Of a stretch of DNA of 64,000 nt, positions 1 to 11,646 are shown piece by piece; the stretch's first letter is position 1; each line of letters starts with the position of its first letter. Source of the DNA: Squalus acanthias (lineage: Eukaryota); NCBI GenBank assembly GCA_030390025.1, contig CM059432.1:147686001-147750000 (forward strand). Direction: 5' to 3'. The notes beneath the pieces were generated by a model that was not told the DNA's origin, ran no database searches, and was given only the letters and a program-made list of their open reading frames with translations. The translations under genes were made by a program, and so were the position numbers.

Positions 1-179
1 GATTCTCTTCCAATAGCAATCGCCCCACTGCCTGGTCACCAGGGCAGTCCTTGTTCAGTCTAAGTGGCAGCAGTGATCAAAGAAGCGTTAATCCTGCTAA
101 ATGGACACCGCTATGGAACTTATAGGAGGGGGGGGGAGATATGGTACATTTTCGGCAAGGGTCACGACGTAGCTACGCA

Positions 180-313
180 GAGGTTCCAAGAAATTTTGGC
201 ATGGCGGAGGTAATGGCGTGAGTCACCTACACCACAATTTCCCGGAAAATCTGTGCCTCAGTAATGGTGTACGCCGTAGAACTATGGCGCAAGTTTCCAG
301 CAAATTCTGGCCC
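180..313. mobile_element. Partial Harbinger-type MITE (right end)
   Basis: Ends in gcaaattctggccc, the reverse complement of the ggcccagaa(a/t)tt TIR seen at 2565 and 42982; left end unclear. Confidence 0.4.
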
Positions 314-369
314 GTCAACTGTGGATATTGCTGATCATTTTAAGGAGGTCCAAGAAGGGTTTTTTTAAT

Positions 370-935
370 TCATTTTTATGGGATGTGGGCGTCGCTGGGC
401 AAGGCCAGCATTTATTGCCCATCCCTAATTTGCCCTGGAGAAGGTGGTGGTGAGCCGCCTTCTTGAACCGCTGCAGTCCGTGTGCTGAAGGTACTCCCAC
501 AGTGCTGTTAGGGAAGGGAGGTCCAGGATTTTGACCCAGTGATGATGAAGTAATGGTGAAATATTTCCGAGTCAGGATGGTGTGTGACCTGGAGGGGAAC
601 TTGCAGGTGATGGTGTTCCCATGCGCCTGCTGCCCTTGTCCTTCTAGGTGGAAGAGGTCGCGGGTTTGGGAGGTGCTGCCGAAGAAGCCTTGGCGAGTTG
701 CTTCAGTGCATCTTGTAGATGGTACACACTGCAGCCACGGTACGCCGGTGGTGGAGAGAGTGAATGTTTAAGGTGGTGGATAGGGTGCCAATCAAGCGGG
801 CTGCTTTGTCCTGGATGGTGTCGAGCTTCTTGAGTGTTGTTGGAGCTGCACTCATCCAGGCAAGTGGAGAGTATTCCATCACACTCCTTACTTGTGCCTT
901 GCAGGTGGTGGAAAGGCTTTGGGGAGTCAGGAGGC
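370..935 (-). mobile_element. CR1-clade LINE 3' fragment (ORF2 C-terminus + 3'UTR)
   Basis: Minus-strand translation LLTPQSLSTTCKAQVRSVMEYSPLAWMSAAPTTLKKLDTIQDKAARLI; near-identical to 40418-40735. Confidence 0.85.
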
Positions 936-2160
936 GTTTAATAAATGAAGCAAAAGTATCAATGATGAAATGGACCAAAGTGTGAAAGAAATAGTCTGTG
1001 GTTTCACAGGTAAATGCTGTACATAGATAAATGGAAGGAAGATGGCTCCAAAGCAGATACACGGAGACAAGATGTTAAGGTTATATGGGAAATATAGAAT
1101 TAGAGCTCCCTAAATTCAGGTTAGATGCCCCTGAGTTAAGACAGAATTGAAAGATTTAATGGTTAGGAAGAGAGAAGACTTTGTAAAAATTATCCATGAG
1201 ATTCTAAGTGAGCACTGGTGGAGGATGGTTTGGGAGCACTTGGATTTAAAGCATTATTTGTTCCTTAATTTGTTAATTTCTTCTTATTCGCTATGTGCGC
1301 CATACATTTGAATCTTTGTCTGAGGACCCCTGATAGGACAAGAGAGATAACCAGTAAGGGGAGATAATCTGGTCTGTCAAGGCAAGAAAGGTGTGAAAGG
1401 GTCAATGTCAGGATTATTTAATATGGGTATGTCCATTTGGAATAGGCCGGACATGGAAACTATAAAATGGCATGTGTACTACTTTGAGATCAAAGGGACC
1501 AATGATGTTACAGGCCCGTGTTTCAAGGAATCAGTGGGTTAGCACAGGAGGAAGGATTTAAAGTAAATAACATGACATTGTTTAATGAAATACAAGCTAC
1601 AGTAAATGAATCAATATTAAAAGGGGAATGTAGAGAACAATAATTGACAGCAACCACATGTCCCTAACTTTGATGTGCCAGGTCAGCCACTTTTGATTGA
1701 TTTACAGACACTATTGGCAAAGAAAGACACACCTTTTCCATATAGGCCGTGATGTGCGTAGAACAGGCCGATGACTGAATGAGCTGCTCCACGAGGAAGA
1801 TCATCATCTACTGATAGAGGGAACATGGCTAAACTTTGAATTTAAAGACTTTACTGGTCTTCATGGGCTTCTCATTATAACTTGGCTGCTTACGTTGTAC
1901 ACTTAAATGAATAGAGAGTACGAGGAATGAATTATAAGTTATGAGGTTAAGTTAAGGGGAGTGTGTTGGATAATAGTTTTAGGTGAATATCAGAGACCAG
2001 GATGGGAAAGGTTTGATCAGGGATACTGCAACAGGCCTGATTGATTCTCCGAAATGACGGTAATATTTCTGTGGTGTTGTTTTAATTGTAACCATTAGCT
2101 TCTCATCTAAAGAATAGTTTATAAAGTTTGAAACCACAATATTTTGAAATAGCTAATGAA
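936..2160 (+). mobile_element. Possible decayed LTR-retroelement/ERV remnant
   Basis: Abruptly truncates the CR1 at 935; purine tract followed by TG at ~1619 (aaaaggggaa-tgtagaga) and ~1954 (aaggggag-tgtgttgga); no intact ORF. Confidence 0.25.
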
Positions 2161-2564
2161 TGTCTGAGATGTTTGGAATGGAGCCTATGTGGGAACAAAT
2201 CAAATAGCGTGCGGCTGCCTGTGCGGGAACTGCTGCAGTTGGATCCATGAAAGGGGTCTGTAAGCAGGTAAGTGGGATGACCCCTAAAGCTGAATCGCCT
2301 TCAGAAAGGGAAAGTCTATACTGGGTCAAAGGTGGCTGATGTTCACCACTGCTAATTGTAAGACTGCAGCAGCAAAGTGGCACCATCTGTTCAGACAAGT
2401 GTCATTAAGTTCATGTGAAAGCTGAGTAACAGAGATGTCACATAGCGGTGATAAGAAAGAAAGGGTTTAAAGAGAACGAGTCTACACCGAGACGCAGAGC
2501 TGCGGTGAATCCTCCACAGTAGAAAGCAAGTTATGGTTGCCGTCATTTCTGGAACAGAGATAAT

Positions 2565-3282
2565 GGCCCAGAAATTAAAGACGGAGCCTTCCTGCGGGGG
2601 TAAGGCTTCCCCGCGATATCTCACTGCGCGCCTACCTTTTCCTTCCGAGCTCGCACGAACTTGAGTTTCTAGACAGCAGCTGTGCAGTGTGTGCGTATCC
2701 CACAGACGCAGTTAATTCGTGCGAGCTGTGGGATCACGTGATTCAGCACACCATCTTTCATTCATAGTTTTCACAGCAAGGGCTGTGAAAGCTATGAATA
2801 CTATACCCCCCCAAAAGAACAGCTAAACCTCAATTAAATTTTTAAAAAAAACATCACATTAATAAAATAAGTATAGTTAAATAAATTAACCACTTTAAAC
2901 AAAAAATTTAACTTTTGAAAAAATTTAAAATCTTTTTAAAAGTTATAAAAATAAACTTACCTTTCTTTAAAGTCTCTAAAAAAGATATACCTGTTGAAAA
3001 AAATTCAAAATAATACTTAATTAACTACTTACCTTGTTAAAAGAGGGTCTTTCTTTATGTGCAAAATCTTCCATGCTTACCTGCGCGTTCAAAGCACTAA
3101 GTGCACTGCGTGCGCGCAGCCTGTAGCGCGCACGCGGTTCACCTAGGAACCGCCCCCTTTTGAAATCACCAAGTGCCGGTTTTCAGCGCATGCGCAGTGC
3201 ATGCAGAAAACCGGCAATTGGAGACAGAATACGCAAGAGTACACAGTGCATACTCTCGCGTAGTGAGACTAATTTTTAGGCC
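2565..3282. mobile_element. Harbinger-type MITE
   Basis: TIR ggcccagaaatt...aatttttaggcc (10/12), 3-bp TSD AAT on both sides; CpG-rich ends, AT-rich core; related to 61283-62050. Confidence 0.8.
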
Positions 3283-4793
3283 AATCACTGCTTCCAATTT
3301 GCTGTGGTGTATCGGCAGGAAGAGAGGGTAGACGGTATGAATGGGTGGGCACCACCTCCTCGGTATTAAGGAGACTGAGAGGAGGTAGAATGTTATCAGT
3401 GTGCAGTAGGGTTGTCAGGGCGACAGTGCAGGTGATCAGTCAATATCCTGGTGCCAGCAAGATGTTGCCAACCTCAGCATCTCCCACAGCAAGAGCTGAG
3501 CACCTCCCCACGAGCTGTCTGGTCTTATCTGCGAAAGGGATGAGGGGGTTTAAAGGAAGAGAACCCTGCCACCCCCCCTCCGCACTCCGGTGGCAATCCT
3601 TGTGCGGGTATTGTGTGCCAATTTCTCTATTAAAGGCTTAAGTAAATTCGGGTGTAGTTGTCAGTTAAGGAGTGAATAGATTTGGAGATGTGAGGGTGTG
3701 AAAGTGGAGGAAGGGGTTTTGGGGTGGGCAAGGCAGCTGTGTTTCATGGCTCTGGGTAGCTATAGTGCAGGATAGGGAGTTGCAGGTGCCCTTAAACAGA
3801 GAGTATTGTGAACAGTTAGTCGTTGAGCTTTAAAAGAGTGAAGAGGGTGCTGGTCCCCAGAGTGGGCAAGGATAAGACGGGAGAGCAGTGCAGTGTGTTA
3901 CCTTGCCTGCCCTGCCGTGGATGCGGAACTTTTTGCGGGGCAGTTCTGCAACCTTGGAGGTGAAGAAGTTGCCAATGCCACCTCACTCCAGGTAGTCTGA
4001 GTAATAATTCCGAGTGAATTGGTGGCACCCAGCAGTCTGTCCATCCTACCTCCATTGCCCCCCCAAGAGAGCTTGGAACTCTGAATGAGTAAAGTTGTGC
4101 ATTCTTCACCTCTGACTTGAAATCATGTCAGGCTGCCATCTGGGCAAAGGTGGCACTTGAATATTCATAATTCTGTCTAATGTAAGGAAAATATTGGTTG
4201 GACATGCAGTAAAGTAATTTGAGAGCGAAATGAAAGAGCCAAGGAGCGTTCCTGCCTCACCTCTTGCCCCTTTTTTTGCCCTTTTACATCACTGGAACAC
4301 CAAGGGTATTTCTGGCCACCCCAACAGCTGCCTTCTGAGACTCACAGCTGAGACTCACAGCTGAAGACTGGCCCCTTGGACAAGTTGAGTAGTGTCCATG
4401 GAACTATCCCCTGGAATGTGTCACCTCCTTCATGAGGGGAGTGGGGGGGGGGCGGTGGAGGGGGGGTGGAACAACATGGAGGAGAGGGAAAAAGAACATT
4501 CTCGCGATCTGCTCGATACCCTTTGGGAATCAGGGAACATTTATACCAGCCTTTCCCTCAGAAGATTAAATGGGCAGAAAAGAGTCCGTGGTAGATTTTA
4601 GCTGATTGGCGGAAGACTATTTTCTCATTTTATGTTTTGCTACATTCTTAGAACGAAGCAAGCAGTGGCAAACTGATCTGCCAAATGAGAATTTTTTCTT
4701 TAGTGACACAAACCCTCATCTAAGTGCAGCATTTCTTTGCAAGCTCATTTTGCATGTCTCAGCATTCAGCTCTATATTAATTACAGGAGCATT

Positions 4794-4918
4794 GGGCCAA
4801 ATCTTGCTGGAGTGAGGCATCTCTTAATGGCCTGAACTCGGTGGCCTATTTGCGCATTAATAACAGCGTGCTGTGTTAACATGCCCTTAATAGTAAAGTA
4901 TCCAGCAAGATTCGGTGC
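4794..4918. mobile_element. 125-bp Harbinger-type MITE
   Basis: TIR gggccaaatcttgctgga...tccagcaagattcggtgc; TSD ATT on both sides. Confidence 0.7.
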
Positions 4919-5857
4919 ATTATATTAAGAATTCACTCCCTCATTATTCACTGTCATTATTAACCCCGCAAACCAGAGACCCCCTTACCGTTCTTTGTAT
5001 GGAGAGTGGGAGGGCTATGATCCCTTTCTCCTCCTGATGAATCGCTATCCACTGCTGTCCATGCCGCCTTCATTGATGCTAGATCCACTCTCTTTGCCTT
5101 GTTGCTGCGCGCAAGTGGGTGAACTGAGATGGAAGCCATTTTCCTGATAGCTTGGAATCTTGCAGTAACATGTAGATCATTGATTATAACAGCTGCAAAA
5201 ATATTGCACAAAGGGTTTATTTCCTTTTTAGCAAGTACCTCTTCAGAAAGCAGCCCCAAATCCAATCTCAGAGTAGTTATGTGATCACCTCGACCCAGAT
5301 GCTGGCATACATCTTTAATCCACTCAGATGTTTACATTTGATTTGTATTTTATTTGAGGGGCACTGTCTCCTTTAGAGGAGTGTTTGCCACACTTGTAGA
5401 GCCAGATAGAAAAAAAAATCCCTCTCCTGGCAGTCTTGGTCACCCCATCCCCCCCCGCCCCCAACCCAGGAGCACATTTCATGAGATCGCAGGGATGGCC
5501 CTCACAATTTCTCATTGACAGAAAATCGTGGACGAGTTGTCCATGATTTCCTTCCCCTCCTCCCTCCCCCCCCCCCAATCAAATAAGTCCTTTAGTCTTC
5601 AGACAAGTTAAAAACCCAAAATCCTGAGAGTCATTTGGAACACAGTGACATGGCCTCTCAGTGACCTGGTGATACATTTCAACATGGATTATGCCATCGC
5701 AATGTTTGCCTATAAACAAATGAGAAAAGGTTCGCTGAACACACATGAAATTCCAACCTATCACAGAAACTCTCCTGCCTTCGATTCTATCACAGACCTT
5801 CCCTTTTCTCCACCCCCCCCCCCCCCTTTCTCTGCCTCTGTACTTGCTTAAAACCTG

Positions 5858-6064
5858 AGAAGTCGCACAACACCAGGTTATAGTCCAACAGCTTTATTTG
5901 AAATCACAAGCTTTCGGAGCGCTGCTCCTTCGTCAGACTTCACCTGATGAAGGAGCAGCGCTCCGAAAGCTTGTGATTTCAAATAAACCTGCTGGACTAT
6001 AACCTGGTGTTGTGCGACTTCTCACTTTTGTCCACCCCAGTCCAACACCGGCATCTCCACATCA
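5858..6064 (+). mobile_element. Short fold-back retroelement (second Penelope-type terminal-repeat family)
   Basis: 81-bp inverted arms 5856-5936/5944-6024 with 3 mismatches; 13-bp TSD tgcttaaaacctg at 5845-5857 and 6065-6077. Confidence 0.85.
5940..5976 (+). ncRNA. Minimal type-I hammerhead ribozyme motif
   Basis: UCAC-CUGAUGA-A-GGAGC-agc-GCUCC-GAAA-GC-UU-GUGA: stem I UCAC/GUGA, 5-bp stem II, palindromic AAGCUU at stem III. Confidence 0.8.
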
Positions 6065-6438
6065 TGCTTAAAACCTGTGACAGCTCTAACTTTTTCCAGT
6101 TCTGACGAAATGTTAATTAACTCTGTTTTTCTCTCCACAGATGCTGCCTGACCTGTTGAGTATTTACAGTAGTTTTTGTTTTTATTTTAGATTTCCAACA
6201 TCTGCTGTATTTTGCTTTTGTGAAGTTGATGTCATTTTGTTTCCTTACTGTTAAGTACTGAGTGCATTTAGTGAGTTCAAATGGCAGGTACCAATTCTGT
6301 GTTTTTATATATATTTTCTTCTTAGGCTGCGGTTATTGTCCAGCTCTTGTTCGCGTGAGAAGGTGGTGGACCTTCTTGTTGAACCATTGCATTCAAGTAT
6401 TATTTGTATCATTGAGAGTCTTGCTAGACTACTGTTAA

Positions 6439-7345
6439 GGGCGGAATTTTCCTCTTTGGGTTGGACTAGCGGTGTGGCAGGGCTTCTGCCTGTTCCTCTA
6501 ACCCAGCCCATTTTTCTGAATTGCAGGGCAGAGTCAAGGCTGTCAAGATGGAGCCCACCTCTGCAACATTGGGAAATTGGGCTGTGTTACAATGGGAAGG
6601 CCACTGCAGGGAGCACTATAGCAGCAGGTGGGCAGGGACTGTTGGAGTGCAGCAGCTGTTAAAGAGCTGCTTCACTTTTATTTTTCTGCTGACTATTGCA
6701 GCTGACTGCTGGGAAGAGGATGGATATTCTCCATAGATGGAGAGGTGATCTTGTTGAAACATGTAAGATACTGAGGGGGCTTGACAAGGTAGATGCAGAG
6801 AGGATGTTTCCCCTCGTGGGGAAATCTAGAACTCGGGGGCATAGTTTCAGAATAAAGGGTCTCCCTTTTAAAACTGAGATGAGGAGGAATTTCTTCTCTC
6901 AGAGGGTCGTAAATCTGTGGAATTCTCTGCCCCAGAGAGCCGTGGAGGCTGGGTCATTAAATACATTTAAGGTGGAGATAGACAGATTTTTGCAAGATAA
7001 GGGAGTGAAGGGTTATGGGGAGCGGGCAGGGAAGTGGCTTTGAGCCCATGATCTTATTGAATGGCGGAGCAGGCTCGAGGGGCCTAGTGGCCTATTCCTG
7101 CTCCTATTTCTTATGTTCTTATGTTCTCCCAGAGTCAAGTACCAGAATTGCCCCCTTTGACAAGGTGAGGCTGGGTGTGTTGCTATCGGAGATACAACAA
7201 AGAAAGATCTTATTTCCGTGGTCAAGAAGAAGCCTTCTTTCTGACGCAATGTGCAGCAAGCATGGCAAGAGGTAAACAACCAAAGTGAATGCAGTCTCCA
7301 ACACCCACTGGTGATGGGAGCAGATGAGGAAGAAGTTGTCTTGGC
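6439..7345 (+). mobile_element. Harbinger fragment with decayed Myb/SANT-like exon
   Basis: TAA followed by TIR-like gggcggaatttt; MDI(L)PESSTRIAPFDKVRLGVLLSEIQQRKILFP...QAWQE..KVNAVSNTHW*WEQMRKK, split by a CR1 insertion. Confidence 0.6.
6738..7127 (+). mobile_element. HER1-like CR1 LINE 3' end
   Basis: RGDLVETCKILRGLDKVDAERMFP..TRGHSFRIKG..RRNFFSQRVVNLWNSLP; (ttatgttc)n tail. Confidence 0.9.
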
Positions 7346-8368
7346 TAAAGAAGAGTGTGGAGATAGAGTTAACTAACTGCCTGCCAAATGCCTGTACTAT
7401 GCCTCATCCTATATTCCAATAATGCACCTTCTGCTTCAATCCTTGTTCTCTGTAGCACAGTAATTGTGCCAGCTTTTGCCTGCTTGAATCAATTGTACAT
7501 GACTTGCACTTCAAATACTAGATGGTAGTTTGTCAAATAGTGGCATTACAAACCAGATTAGCACGCGTTGGGAGAGTGGAGAAAGGGCATATTTCCTACC
7601 GCTGTGCCAGAATTTGGGTCTGGAACCCAGATATGTAGGCATCTGCCTCGTGCAAAATGTACTTTAAATTTCGGCCGGGTGGGCAGAATGGGTGAGTCTT
7701 CCATGGGTCGCATCTGGGGCAGTTTCCGGGCTATGCTGGGAGTAATTCTACTTACAGTCCCACTCGGTTCTTGCCAGCTGAAAGCCCCAAAAGTCCCCAA
7801 AAGCTACCAAGAGAAAGGTAAAAGATCCTGGGCAGGATCAATTACTTTTCACTCACAGCCCTTAACTACCTCAAGAGCTGAAGAAAACAATATCCGAGTT
7901 GATCTTGGGTGCAGGAAGGGCCTCTGGAAGATTACTAACAGAGCAGCTTTGGGCTCCGCAGACAGATTGAGACAGCTGGCTCCGATGCACCCTTACAGGT
8001 GTGGACCACCCACTCTGATTATGCTACTGACCCCCATCCCAGCATCTTGGGCAGGGTCTGCATCCATCTGCATGGGCAGCCATGACTTCTGCTCTGCGTC
8101 CTGATTCTGGTGGAGACTGATTTCCAAATTTCAGGGCTTTTATGTCCACATATTACTGAATCTTGACAACAGCATCAGCCACAAGCTCACACTTTGCAGC
8201 ATAACTATTTTACTGATAATTTACTACTGGTGGCTAAAACTAATTACCCACACCTCCTCACACTCGCACACACTCGCACACACTCACACTCACTCTCTTT
8301 TACACATGCACTCACATCGTATTGTCAGTGTTGCGCATACTATTCCTGCCTTGGGGAGAGCGATCGTT

Positions 8369-11300
8369 GGGCTGGATTTTACCAGCTCTGAGGAGGTGGG
8401 TTTGGAGGCGTGCGAGTTGTTAAAATCGCCAAAAATGGCAGGCGGGCCCGATCCCGCCTCCGAGCAATGTTCCCAAATGTGTGTTTTCTGGCCCCGTTTC
8501 CATCCCGCCTCCAAGAGGCGGGATAGGCCCTTAAAGCCCTTAACAACCACTTAATTGCCTCTATAATCCCATTTTGAGAGGCCTTTCCGATTTTTAGACA
8601 TTCCCCCGATCCTACACGCCTCCTCTGGAACACGCCAGGTAATCCTGGAGGCCTCACAAGTGGATTGCTTACTAACAGCTGCAGCTCCACCATTACAAAT
8701 GGGTTTTCACCAATGATCATTTGCAGGCGGCAGAATTTTGTTATTTCAGGTCTGGGGGAACTTTTAGCAGGCCTACTCATTGTTGTGGAAGTTTAGAGCC
8801 TGACATCCATCTCCAGTGTGACCTCCTGGGAAACCCCTCTCCCCACCTTGACTGAGCACTTCCTCAACTGAGGCATATACCAGAAGCATGGCGACCATTT
8901 AATTCCTTTCCTCCTGGACATCAGATTCAGACGCAGACCAGCCACGGCAGCAGCAGAACCATGAACAACAGCAGCACCAACAGCAGGAGCAACAACAGGA
9001 GCGCCAAGCTGCTGCTCACCCACCTGAAACTGCACAGGCCAGAAGGCGCCAGCGCGTGACAACATTGCTGCCCGGGATGCAAGGGACGCACTCATCCTGG
9101 CCAGATTTGCTTAGCCTGCACAATCAAACACTTTAGTCTCGCTCCTTCTTACCAGAGCATCGACAATGGACAAGAACCTGCGGAATCCTATCACTCTGAC
9201 CACCATTCTAATAATCTCAAGGCGTCCTAAGCCCTCAATGTGAAAGTCCCATTTGCGAAATGACACAGGCCACAACTTCAACAGTTTGCCATCAAAACAC
9301 TTTGTAATACAATCACAATGATGGCTAGACCAAAAACAAAACATCACAGCACCCAAGTGACTACCCTTGTGACTACTTGTGCTTTATCTTCCTCTTATGC
9401 GTGCTCCTACGTGGTGCTTCCCCTGTGGCTTCAGCAGATGTGGAGGCCCCTTGCTCACTTTCTTGCTGCTCCTGTCTCGACGCCTTTGGTGGGCGTCCTC
9501 AGGGGTGGCGAACCTGTGAGGGTTCGCCAATAGTCTGCTGCTCCTACGGCTGTGCAGGGGCTGAGATGGCCATCTCAGTTGGGTGAGGACTCTGGTGAGG
9601 CTCTGACCGAGGGCTTTGCTGTGGCATGGTCATGTGAGTGCTTGGAGAGGAGTCCCCACTTCCTTGTTGTCTGCCACCAACATCCCTCTCATGGGTCAGC
9701 CCCGCTTCAGAGCTAGCAAGTGGCTTGACAGCACCTTGCTGCACTGCAGGAGGGCCATGAGGACCCATTTCTGCACTGGAAGTCCTATTCCAGAGGATTT
9801 GCATGAAGGTCTGGTTTGTTTGCTCAATAGCTGAGCATCGCTCCTCAATAGATGTCATTCTATTGTGAACAATGACCATGTTTTCAATACCCTGGCAACT
9901 TAGCTCCTCCATGGCTGTAGCCATCCTCTCCTCCACCGTAGCCAACCTCTCCCCTTACCACAGAGTTAGCCATCCTTTCCACGTAGGTTGCCATCCTTTC
10001 CACGTAGGTTGCCATCCTTTCCGCAGTGATGCGTTCATGCGCCAATGCCTCCACAAAGGCTCTGCTCATGTTCGCGATGGACTCCTCCATTCGCTCCACA
10101 CTCACAGTGACCCTGGAGACAAAACCTGCCAGAGACTCCTGCACCTGTTCCTGGAGTTCCAGCACCGCTCTCCTTCTGGATGGACCTGGAGGCACAGGGT
10201 CGACATGCAGCAGAGCCGAGCTGGCAGAGTCCTGCACCCTCCAACGAGGATACTCCACTGCCGACCCTGTCTCTACCATCTGCTGATGCTCACTTGTGAG
10301 CTGTGATACACCAGGTGACAACTCTACTCTATGTCCCGAAGGTCCCACCGAGGTGTGAGTGTCTGCGCTGGTGCTGGGTGCGCTTAATTCTGCTGACGCT
10401 GCGTCCTCAGAGGTTGCAGCTTCCTCTGAGGAGTCTGGAAGCTCAGGCTCTTCCTCCTGGACAGTGGGGACGGGGGCTCTCGATGGTCCTGTGGGGGAGT
10501 AAAGGAAAGAGTTAGAGATGTGAGGCCAAGGTTACATGCACATTGAATAGTGCAGATGATCATAAGTCAATCTGTTAGAGCATCAGAATCATTATCAGTG
10601 GCTCATGCAATGTCAATGAGAGAGATTCCAAACTATTCTGTCACCAGCTTGCTGTGATGCGCCCGTCTGTCCGTCCCCCACTTGGATATCCTCCTTGATC
10701 CCAGCAATTTCCAGGGCCGCCTCCTCCCAGGGGGTGAGCTGGGCTACTGAGGGTGGCCCTCCTCCTGGCATGGCTCTTTCTCTCTTATTGTGGGCTCTCT
10801 TTACCTGCAATGAGGGACACAAGTGGAGTTTGAGTGAGAATGAAGGAGTGAATGTAGATAATCCATAGCATAGATGCTTAGAATGATACAAAGGACCTTC
10901 ACTGTGTGTTGAAAGTTGTTGTTGTTATGGCATCACAGTGATAGGGAGTGTGAGGGCTGCATGGTCAAATAGTTAAGTGAATGTGACCAGAGAGAGAGAG
11001 GGAATGGGTAAGGGTGCAGGGACGTAAGTGTCAAGTGGCATGTGGAGGAAGAGGTTGGCAAAGCAGAGTGCTGGTGAGGAGAGGAGATGGGGATCAGATT
11101 GAGGGAGATGGGAAAGTCATACTCACTTTTCCTGTGCGGAGAAGGTCATGAAACCTCTTCCTGCATTGCAGCCAGGTTCTGCGGCTCAGCGAAATGGAGT
11201 TGACCTCCTGGGCCACTTGTAGCCACACAGCTTTTGTCTGCTGGGGTGGCTTTTTTCTCCCTGAGGAAGGGAACAGCACCTCCTTATTACAGCTGGCTCC

Positions 11301-11646
11301 GTACACCAGAGCTTGGAGGGAGGGCTCATCAAACCGAGGAGCACACTTTTGCTTGATTGTTGACATTTTCCACAATTCAACTCCTTCAGATAAATTGCAG
11401 AGCCTTTGCAGTCTCCAGAAGAAGCAAGGCTGCTTGCAGGCCTTAAATCCAACAGCATTGATGATGTCATCGGAGGCGACTTTCTGGATGAAAAGACTCA
11501 TTGGGCCAGGGGTTCCCACACGCAGGAAATCAATTGCCCAATTAGGGGAAAATCCCACTTTTTCAACACATCACTTAGGAGTCGGGGTCCTGACACGATT
11601 TCCACCTGACACGCCCCAGCCCGCCCACACTGACAAAATCCAGCCC
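8369..11646 (-). mobile_element. Non-autonomous Harbinger element carrying a Myb/SANT-like gene
   Basis: Perfect 12-bp TIR gggctggatttt...aaaatccagccc; internal spliced Myb gene; only a putative Q-rich stub of a convergent ORF at ~8890-9100. Confidence 0.85.
9400..11366 (-). pseudogene. Harbinger Myb/SANT-like DNA-binding protein gene, 3 exons (11366-11127, 10804-10645, 10488-~9400)
   Basis: PRFDEPSLQALV..EVLFP..WLQVAQEVNS..RTWLQCRKRFHDL; GT-AG introns with consistent phases; frameshift at ~9950 and stops at 9544 and ~9500. Confidence 0.8.

Larger units (their letters stand above)
5770..6220 (+). mobile_element. Penelope-like terminal repeat (PLTR) fragment, interrupted by a fold-back insertion
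   Basis: Matches the 3' region of the Penelope at ~29530-29740 and 31130-31378 (ctctcctgccttc..ctatcacagacc..gatgctgcctgacctg); its hammerhead at ~6096 has lost stem II. Confidence 0.8.

Noticed and set aside
3300..3900. Possible old L2 ORF2 fragment on the minus strand
   Set aside because: Only compositional resemblance; no motif I could pin down
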